Positions 1 to 4,698 of a stretch of DNA of 7,046 nt are shown here, piece by piece; positions within the stretch are counted from its first letter, which is position 1, and every line of letters begins with the position of its first letter. Under the pieces are notes generated by a model. That model saw only the letters and a program-made list of their open reading frames with translations. It was not told the origin of the DNA and made no database searches. The stretch comes from a virus, in IMG/VR virus record IMGVR_UViG_3300029462_000034, positions 1 through 7,046 of that record; one strand, 5' to 3'. Both the position numbers and the translations under genes were made by a program.

Positions 1-77
1 CTACTAAGGTATATAATAGTCCTAATTTGTCTATTTTACCTTTACTTGCTTATCATAAGATTTGCAATGACCATTAT
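1..77. repeat. Terminal redundancy copy 1 (circular-contig overlap)
   Basis: It is 77/77 identical to 6970-7046, checked base by base. Confidence 0.97.
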
Positions 78-1337
78 CGTAATGAAAAGTGGCAGCCTTT
101 TGAGCCTTGGACTTGTAACATTGATTATGTTACTCCTACTTCCAACATGAATGCTACATCTTTTATCTCTCAGTCTCTGTTTTCGAGTTACATGACTTCT
201 ATTCTCGATTTGGAAAATTCTAACCTTCCTATCGATTATTTCACTTCTGTGTTGCCACGTGCTCAGTATGGTGATGAATCTGCTGCTCCTGTTTCTGTTG
301 ACGGTGCTAATTCCTTCTTCAAACTTCAGGATCCTAACAATAATAAAATTGGTCCGGTTTTTAGTGGTTCTTCAACTCATGAAACTGATAATTTGATAAA
401 GGACTCTGAAACTTCTGTTATTATTCCTGAGGGTAACGTTGCACCTGTTCACACTTTGTACACTAATCAGTTACTTATTGGTTTGAAAGGTCGTTTAAAT
501 GCAGATGCGTCTCTTAAAATTTCTGCTTTGCGTTCTGCTACTGCTTTGCAGAAATATAAGGAGATTCAGAATAGTAACGACCCCGATTTTGCTAATCAAG
601 TTTTGGCACATTTTGGTATTAAGCCAAAGGTTGATTCACGTACATCTATTTTTATAGGTGGTGATGATAAAACTTTGAGCATTAATCCACAAGTTAATAC
701 TAACTTTGTTGACGGTGGTGAACCAGATATTAAGGCTATTGGTGTTGGCGATTTGTCTGCCGGCTGTAAGTTTACCGCATCTACCTATGGTATGATTATC
801 GGTATCTATCGTGCGGTTCCTCAACTTGATTATTCTCATGTAGGTATTGACCGTAATCTGCTCAAGACTGACGCGACCGATTTTCCTGTTCCGGAACTTG
901 ACAGCGTAGGTATGCAAACACAATATCGTTATGAATTGAGTGCTCCTATTATTGGGCTTAGTAAATATTTTGATTCTACCGTTATTTCCCCTAACCCTAT
1001 TGATATGTCCGTAACTTATGGTTTTTCCCCTAGGTATGCTGAATTAAAGAGCGCTCGAGATTACTTTGAAGGCGGTTTTTGTGGTTCATATTCTTCTTGG
1101 GTTACTGGTTATGACCAGGCTTTTTTGCGTCGTTGGCGCAGTAATCTTGGCTCTCCAACTGTTGCTACTTATAAAAGCATTACCGATTTGTTTAAGTGTC
1201 GTCCGTCTTTACTTTATCCAATCTTTGTCAACCAGTGGTCGGGTACTGTTAACGATGATAAGTTGCTTATTGGTAGTGTAAATACATGTGTGGCTGTCCG
1301 TCCATTTAGTATGTATGGTTTGCCTTATTCTAAATAA
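1..1337 (+). CDS. VP1: Major capsid protein VP1 (phiX174 F-like), 3' portion; continues from 6258..7046 across the circular junction (nt 1-77 duplicate 6970-7046)
   Basis: The frame matches 6258..7046 once the 6,969-nt period (divisible by 3) is removed. It is open from nt 3 to the TAA at 1335-1337. It contains the capsid-family signature LPLLAYHKICNDHYRNEKW (conserved AY..I.n.YyR block of Phage_F/VP1). Codon usage is strongly NNT, as in the other + genes. The TTG at 27 in the ORF track is an internal Leu, not a start. Confidence 0.93.
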   Translation, partial: TKVYNSPNLSILPLLAYHKICNDHYRNEKWQPFEPWTCNIDYVTPTSNMNATSFISQSLFSSYMTSILDLENSNLPIDYFTSVLPRAQYGDESAAPVSVDGANSFFKLQDPNNNKIGPVFSGSSTHETDNLIKDSETSVIIPEGNVAPVHTLYTNQLLIGLKGRLNADASLKISALRSATALQKYKEIQNSNDPDFANQVLAHFGIKPKVDSRTSIFIGGDDKTLSINPQVNTNFVDGGEPDIKAIGVGDLSAGCKFTASTYGMIIGIYRAVPQLDYSHVGIDRNLLKTDATDFPVPELDSVGMQTQYRYELSAPIIGLSKYFDSTVISPNPIDMSVTYGFSPRYAELKSARDYFEGGFCGSYSSWVTGYDQAFLRRWRSNLGSPTVATYKSITDLFKCRPSLLYPIFVNQWSGTVNDDKLLIGSVNTCVAVRPFSMYGLPYSK

Positions 1338-1354
1338 TTTAAAATTGTTTGATT

Positions 1355-1804
1355 ATGAATGCTAAAAATGAAGTAGTTTATGTACCACCTGTTTATGAGG
1401 AGGTACAACATGAGGTTACATCTGTTGATGATAATAATAACCCTTTGCGCACGTCTTTTCATACTGACGTCTCTTTGTTGCAGCGTATTGATACTATGCG
1501 TGCCGATGCTGAGACGTTGCGAGAAATTAAGGAATCTTTGCAGCCTATGATTGATAGTTCTAATTTCCGTACAGAGTTCGAACAAACTTTCGGTTCTCTT
1601 ACAGATGATGAGTTGATTAATTCTTGCCCTAGTCGTTATACTCAGACTGCAAGTGAGAAAATGTCTTATCTCAAAGAACTTGCTGCTAAGGATAAAGAAG
1701 CACGTGAAAAGGCTGCTGCCGCTCTTAAGGATAAAGAGGAAAAAGAAAAGGCTGCTAAAGAAAATGCTGATTTTCAGTCTCGATTAATGGAAATCTTTAA
1801 ATAG
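1355..1804 (+). CDS. Hypothetical 149-aa acidic protein with Lys/Glu/Ala-rich coiled-coil C-terminus; a possible scaffolding-type protein by position only
   Basis: The ATG at 1355 lies 18 nt after the VP1 stop; the track start at 1349 is a TTG two codons upstream. The ORF ends at TAG 1802-1804, 8 nt before the VP2 ATG. NNT codon bias matches the neighbours. The C-terminus reads KELAAKDKEAREKAAAALKDKEEKEKAAKEN. I recognise no family motif. Confidence 0.72.
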   Translation: MNAKNEVVYVPPVYEEVQHEVTSVDDNNNPLRTSFHTDVSLLQRIDTMRADAETLREIKESLQPMIDSSNFRTEFEQTFGSLTDDELINSCPSRYTQTASEKMSYLKELAAKDKEAREKAAAALKDKEEKEKAAKENADFQSRLMEIFK

Positions 1805-1812
1805 TTTTGCCT

Positions 1813-3270
1813 ATGTTGTCTAATATAATTAACTGGAGTGCTGCCGCTTTTGGCGGTACTCCTTTTCGTTTAAATAAGTGTACTGCTCTTGGTTCTGCTG
1901 CTGGTGGTGCTGCTGGTGGTGCTGCTGTTGGTGGTGTTCCTGGTGCTCTAGTTGGTGGTGCTCTAGGTCTTGCCGGTTCTTTGATTGGTGGTCTTTTTGG
2001 TAAACACAATACCGATAAGACTAATAAGTCGAACTATCAAATTATGCAAGAGCAGAATAAATTTAATAAAGAAGAAGCCCAAAAAAACCGAGATTGGCAA
2101 GAAATGATGTATCGTATGTTTGGTACGTCTTCTGCTAAGGCTGCTGATATGCGTGCTGCAGGTCTTAACCCTCTTCTTGGTGATGTTTCTGCTAGCGGAA
2201 ATGTTGGTAGTGGTGGTGCTGCTACTGCTGCTGAATCTGCTCAAATGATGCCTACCGATTATTCATTTATTGGTGATGCTGCTAATCGCGGTTTGGCTGC
2301 TTATAATACTACTCGTTCCGTTGATGCGTCTGTTTCTTTGCAGAAATCTCAAGAGAATGTTAATAAGTCTATAGAGGGTGTTAATATGGCTCAGAAAGGG
2401 CTTATGGAATCTCAATCCGCTATGCAAAAACTGACCTATAAGTTTGCTATGGATACGTATCAGAATCGATTGTTGCAAGAACAATTTCGGGCTGAATTGG
2501 AAAATTGGCGCGGTTTCGATGCTATGTATGATGCCCGTCTTAAAGCATTTAGTCTTTATAATGTTATGCCACAAGAGGTTGAAAAGAATGTTGCTCAAAC
2601 AATGTCTTTCTATGCTTCTGCCTTTCGTGATATTGCTGCCGGTAAATATACCCTTAAGCAAACCGAAAATTACGGTAAATGGTTATCTATTCAGCAGACG
2701 TTTGCCCATGCTGCTACTGTGCAAGGTCAGGCTGCCTTAATGCAAGGTCGTGCTGCCATAACAAATGCCAATGCCAATGCTAGTTATCTAAAACAGTTAG
2801 GTGGCTATTATGGTTCATTGATTTCGGGTCAAAACATGTCAAATGATATGCAGCGTTATTATACTGATTTTATGCTTGGTAGAATGCCTATTGGTAAGGC
2901 TGAGAGCATTCTTCGCCAAACACCTTATAAGCATTTGCTTGACTTGAACATTCAGCAAAATGAGTGGTCTTTGAACAAGTTGATGCAGGAGCCCGATTTG
3001 ATACGTTCTCTTAGTGGTATGTATAAATCAGAGACGTCTCTTACTAACAAGCGTGTTGATAGCTACGATACTGATAAAATCTTTGAGCGTGGTGAAAGTG
3101 TTACGCGTATGGTCAAGAATGTTTCTGACGGTATTAGTAACTTTACCCCTAAGCCTAAGTTTAAAAAAGGTTCTTCTACAGGTGGTGAACCTACACCACC
3201 GCCTAGCGGTAAATCTTGGCTTGATGCGTATCGTGAAAATCCTAATTATAGCCCTACTGGCTATAGATAA
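1813..3270 (+). CDS. VP2: Minor capsid / DNA pilot protein VP2 (phiX174 H-like)
   Basis: The ATG at 1813 is two codons after the track's TTG at 1807. The N-terminus has a Gly/Ala-rich hydrophobic segment, GSAAGGAAGGAAVGGVPGALVGGALGLAGSLIGGLFG (GxxxG glycine-zipper-like). It is followed by EEAQKNRDWQEMMYRMFGTSSAKAADMRAAGLNPLL, which matches the conserved ...AGLNP.L block of microvirus VP2 proteins. Its size (485 aa) and its position after VP1 fit this call. Confidence 0.85.
   Translation: MLSNIINWSAAAFGGTPFRLNKCTALGSAAGGAAGGAAVGGVPGALVGGALGLAGSLIGGLFGKHNTDKTNKSNYQIMQEQNKFNKEEAQKNRDWQEMMYRMFGTSSAKAADMRAAGLNPLLGDVSASGNVGSGGAATAAESAQMMPTDYSFIGDAANRGLAAYNTTRSVDASVSLQKSQENVNKSIEGVNMAQKGLMESQSAMQKLTYKFAMDTYQNRLLQEQFRAELENWRGFDAMYDARLKAFSLYNVMPQEVEKNVAQTMSFYASAFRDIAAGKYTLKQTENYGKWLSIQQTFAHAATVQGQAALMQGRAAITNANANASYLKQLGGYYGSLISGQNMSNDMQRYYTDFMLGRMPIGKAESILRQTPYKHLLDLNIQQNEWSLNKLMQEPDLIRSLSGMYKSETSLTNKRVDSYDTDKIFERGESVTRMVKNVSDGISNFTPKPKFKKGSSTGGEPTPPPSGKSWLDAYRENPNYSPTGYR
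1897..1935 (+). repeat. Tandem 12-nt repeat GCTGCTGGTGGT (2 exact copies plus a third with a GTT insertion) encoding (AAGG)n in VP2
   Basis: Direct reading gives 1897-1908 and 1909-1920 identical, and 1921-1935 = GCTGCTgttGGTGGT. A nearby GGTGCTCTA occurs at 1942-1950 and again at 1957-1965. Confidence 0.9.
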
Positions 3271-3276
3271 TAATTT

Positions 3277-3307
3277 AGGCGCAAAGGTAAAACCCTTGCG
3301 CCTTTTT
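3277..3307. terminator. Intrinsic terminator hairpin between the convergent VP2 (+) and 3308..3568 (-) genes
   Basis: AGGCGCAAAGG-TAAAA-CCCTTGCGCCT spans 3277-3303. That is 10 Watson-Crick pairs with one A.C mismatch and a 5-nt loop. It is followed on + by TTTTcTaTTTTT. It starts 7 nt after the VP2 stop and ends 5 nt from the stop of the minus-strand ORF. The U-tract is good for + and poor for - (AAATTATTA). Confidence 0.7.
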
Positions 3308-3568
3308 CTATTTTTCTACTTTAATCAGGATTTCTGTTACCTTTCGGTCTCCTTGAGCGGTCTTTTCGTTCTTGTAACAATATAGGCTACCTGCTCTTAC
3401 TTCTGTTGCGAATCCCATTTCTTTGTAATCGTTTTGAACTATATCGAATAAGTAATGTATAGCGTCTCTTCTTAGTCTGAAGAACTCGCCCATACCTAAG
3501 TATTTGTAATTTTGTTCTTTACTTGAAAGGCTTTCTGTTTGCTTGCTGTAATAATTCAATTTATACAT
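3308..3568 (-). CDS. Hypothetical 86-aa protein encoded antisense to all other genes
   Basis: It has a true ATG (CAT at 3566-3568 on +) and a TAG stop at 3308-3310 abutting the terminator hairpin. It is the only ORF of 70 aa or more lying wholly within 3271-4092 on either strand; only the 3' tail of the rejected +1 shadow ORF 3014..3385 reaches in. A Bacteroidetes-type promoter lies about 50 nt upstream. The protein is balanced and non-repetitive (K/E/Y-rich with a predicted helix GEFFRLRRDAIHYLFDIVQNDYKEMGF), unlike the Leu/Ser-rich shadow ORFs. Codons mostly end in A or C. I recognise no family. Confidence 0.6.
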   Translation of the reverse strand: MYKLNYYSKQTESLSSKEQNYKYLGMGEFFRLRRDAIHYLFDIVQNDYKEMGFATEVRAGSLYCYKNEKTAQGDRKVTEILIKVEK

Positions 3569-3619
3569 AGTCGTAATATTTAATTGTTTATTGTAAAAGG
3601 TCTTTCCTTTTATCTATTG

Positions 3620-3651
3620 CAAAGGTACGAATTTTCTCTGACACTACCAAA
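3620..3651 (-). promoter_or_regulatory. Candidate Bacteroidetes sigma-ABfr-type promoter for the antisense gene
   Basis: The minus strand reads TTTG (3651->3648), a 20-nt spacer, then TAccTTTG (3627->3620). This matches the published Bacteroides -33 TTTG / -7 TAnnTTTG consensus. The predicted leader to the ATG at 3568 is about 45-50 nt. Confidence 0.55.
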
Positions 3652-3791
3652 TAATTTTAGTTAAATATCTGTTAATCGTACGTTAAATAATGCAAACCCG
3701 TTTTTAGATAATTCTCATTCAACTTAAAATACCTTCCGTAAAAATCCATATTTTTTTATGAAATAATAAAAATTTATATTATACTATTAAT

Positions 3792-3858
3792 GTATCTGTT
3801 TTGTATTTGTGTGCGTGCGCATTTTATACGTACGTACACAATTTAACTAAACAGATAC
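3792..3858. repeat. 67-nt composite inverted repeat / hairpin with alternating purine-pyrimidine core
   Basis: The outer arms are perfect: GTATCTGTTT (3792-3801) and AAACAGATAC (3849-3858). The inner arms are TTGTGTGCGTGCGCAT (3807-3822) and ATACGTACGTACACAA (3826-3841). They give 13 Watson-Crick pairs, 2 G.T pairs and 1 C.A mismatch around a TTT loop. The inner arms are built from (GTGC)n and (ACGT)n tetranucleotide repeats, with strict Pu-Py alternation over 14 nt and 16 nt respectively. Confidence 0.85.
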
Positions 3859-3936
3859 TTTATATTGGTTTGTCTGCTAGAAAAACCTTAGCTTTGCGCG
3901 GAAAAGTTTATAACTTATTAGTAACTACCTTTTTAT

Positions 3937-3946
3937 GAAAATTTTC
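3937..3946. promoter_or_regulatory. Perfect 10-bp palindrome GAAAATTTTC, followed by a half-site repeat CGAAAATTCC (3950-3959)
   Basis: Direct reading. It lies in the non-coding region about 110 nt upstream of the + promoter. It is AT-rich, so chance occurrence is plausible. Confidence 0.3.
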
Positions 3947-3987
3947 TCCCGAAAATTCCTACTCTCTTGTTATGGGTAGGCAAAAGT

Positions 3988-4003
3988 GGGAATACATATT
4001 CCC
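3988..4003. promoter_or_regulatory. Inverted repeat GGGAATA-ca-TATTCCC (7+7 bp, 2-bp spacer), a candidate operator
   Basis: Direct reading. It is centred about 60 nt upstream of the -33 element of the + strand promoter. Confidence 0.35.
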
Positions 4004-4056
4004 TAATTACTGCACTTTTGTTCCCTGTAACTATATTCCTAAATAATGTTAACAAA

Positions 4057-4088
4057 TTTGGTAGTTCCAAAACTTCCTTTTATCTTTG
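4057..4088 (+). promoter_or_regulatory. Candidate Bacteroidetes-type promoter for the + strand transcription unit
   Basis: TTTG (4057-4060), a 20-nt spacer, then TAtcTTTG (4081-4088). The ATG at 4093 follows 4 nt after the -7 box, which implies a leaderless or near-leaderless first gene. I found no comparable consensus match in front of VP4, VP1 or VP2. Confidence 0.6.
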
Positions 4089-4092
4089 TGCC

Positions 4093-4308
4093 ATGAAAAA
4101 GGAAATTATACAAATTATCATCAAAGTAGCGCTGTATGCGCTCGGATTGATAGCTGCTTATTTTGGTGTCTCTGCTATGACATCATGCAGTACGTCTCAC
4201 AATGTAGATGCTAGTGGTCGCACTACTATTGTTACTGTTGATACCACAATTGTTAAACATAACGGCTTTGTCCGTTCTAAAAATTTTAAGCCTTATGGTG
4301 AATATTAA
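4093..4308 (+). CDS. Small putative lipoprotein (71 aa precursor, about 40 aa mature)
   Basis: MKKEIIQIIIKVALYALGLIAAYFGVSAMTSC|STSHNVDASG... has a basic N-terminus, a hydrophobic core and a relaxed lipobox (M-T-S-C, Cys32) of the kind common in Bacteroidetes. The mature part has NNT-biased codons like the core genes. The ATG at 4093 is chosen over the in-frame TTG at 3967 because a signal peptide must be N-terminal and the promoter lies inside that extension. The alternative reading is a signal-anchored membrane protein. Confidence 0.68.
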   Translation: MKKEIIQIIIKVALYALGLIAAYFGVSAMTSCSTSHNVDASGRTTIVTVDTTIVKHNGFVRSKNFKPYGEY

Positions 4309-4474
4309 ATCTCGCTGCTTCATTGTCGAAGTTAACAATGTTCAGTATGTTGTAAAGTATGGCAAAATTGATGAGTTCCTTTGTTTGTTTTTGCCTAGTG
4401 TTGTTATCATTTCTTCTATGATTACTTCTCCAGTATCTTGGGAACATGATTATCAATGGTATAAACGTATCTGA
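4295..4474 (+). CDS. Hypothetical small membrane protein (59 aa from ATG 4295; an alternative 88-aa form starts at ATG 4208)
   Basis: The ORF 4208..4474 is the only open frame covering 4309-4474. NNT codon bias typical of this genome begins only after 4295. Codons 4208-4294 mostly end in A or G and lie in the +1 frame of the lipoprotein gene. There is a hydrophobic segment FLCLFLPSVVIISSMI. The ATG at 4295 overlaps the lipoprotein 3' end by 14 nt. Confidence 0.5.
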   Translation: MVNIKSRCFIVEVNNVQYVVKYGKIDEFLCLFLPSVVIISSMITSPVSWEHDYQWYKRI

Positions 4475-4486
4475 TTTTTTTTGCTT

Positions 4487-4696
4487 ATGACTGCTAAAGA
4501 TTATTTGACTGCTCTCAAGGTTATTAGAGAAATTCAGCGGAAACAGGCATATTGTAGTGGTCAGTCTAAACCCTATCTTGCTGAAACATTGAAAGAGATT
4601 GAAATGTATTGTCCTTTGGATTTCTCTAAAAGTGGAGGTCGTGTTAACGATAAGGTTCTTTTAAGTTGTTATAATGGTAATTTATTTAGTTCATAA
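4487..4696 (+). CDS. Hypothetical 69-aa protein immediately upstream of VP4
   Basis: The ATG at 4487 is preceded by the track's TTG at 4481 and follows a T8 run (4475-4482). The TAA stop at 4694-4696 lies 2 nt before the VP4 ATG, suggesting translational coupling. The sequence MTAKDYLTALKVIREIQRKQ... is predicted helical and soluble. No family recognised. Confidence 0.6.
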   Translation: MTAKDYLTALKVIREIQRKQAYCSGQSKPYLAETLKEIEMYCPLDFSKSGGRVNDKVLLSCYNGNLFSS

Positions 4697-4698
4697 CT

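Noticed and set aside
1-77. Reading the 77-nt terminal repeat as a biological direct terminal repeat or transposon end.
   Set aside because: The repeat lies in frame in the middle of the capsid gene, and joining the copies restores a full-length VP1. It is therefore a circular-assembly overlap.
636-2661. Minus-strand ORFs inside VP1, the 149-aa gene and VP2: 636..923, 1325..1585, 1797..2009, 1963..2244 and 2263..2661.
   Set aside because: All lie antisense to well-supported genes. Their products are low-complexity or Ile/Asn/Ser/Thr/Arg-rich shadows; for example, 1797..2009 is a Pro/Ala mirror of the VP2 Gly/Ala repeat. None has promoter or terminator context.
3811-3841. Possible XerCD dif-like attachment site, because GTGCGCAT matches the XerC arm of the classical dif sequence (GGTGCGCATAA).
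   Set aside because: Only this 8-mer matches. After it, my alignment to the dif spacer and XerD arm (TGTATA-TTATGTTAAAT) gives about 6/19 identities. An 8-mer match is expected by chance at roughly 0.2 per genome on both strands. Bacteroidota dif may differ, so comparison with a real host dif or provirus junction would be needed to revive the idea.
3869-3896. A second + strand promoter-like match: TTTG (3869-3872) and TAgcTTTG (3889-3896).
   Set aside because: The spacer is only 16 nt, against about 19-21 nt in the consensus. The only ORF downstream before the main promoter is 14 codons (ATG 3935). It could still drive a non-coding RNA, but I cannot support that.
3967-4092. TTG-initiated 42-codon N-terminal extension of the lipoprotein ORF (track ORF 3967..4308).
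   Set aside because: The extension would bury the signal peptide internally. It contains the predicted promoter (4057-4088), starts with a non-ATG codon, and lacks the NNT codon bias.
3569-4092. Micro-ORFs in the non-coding region. On the + strand: 17 codons from 3790, 14 from 3935 and 24 from 3972. On the - strand: 25 codons from 3749 and others of 12 or fewer.
   Set aside because: All are 25 codons or shorter, lie in AT-rich sequence, have no consistent start context, and are indistinguishable from chance.
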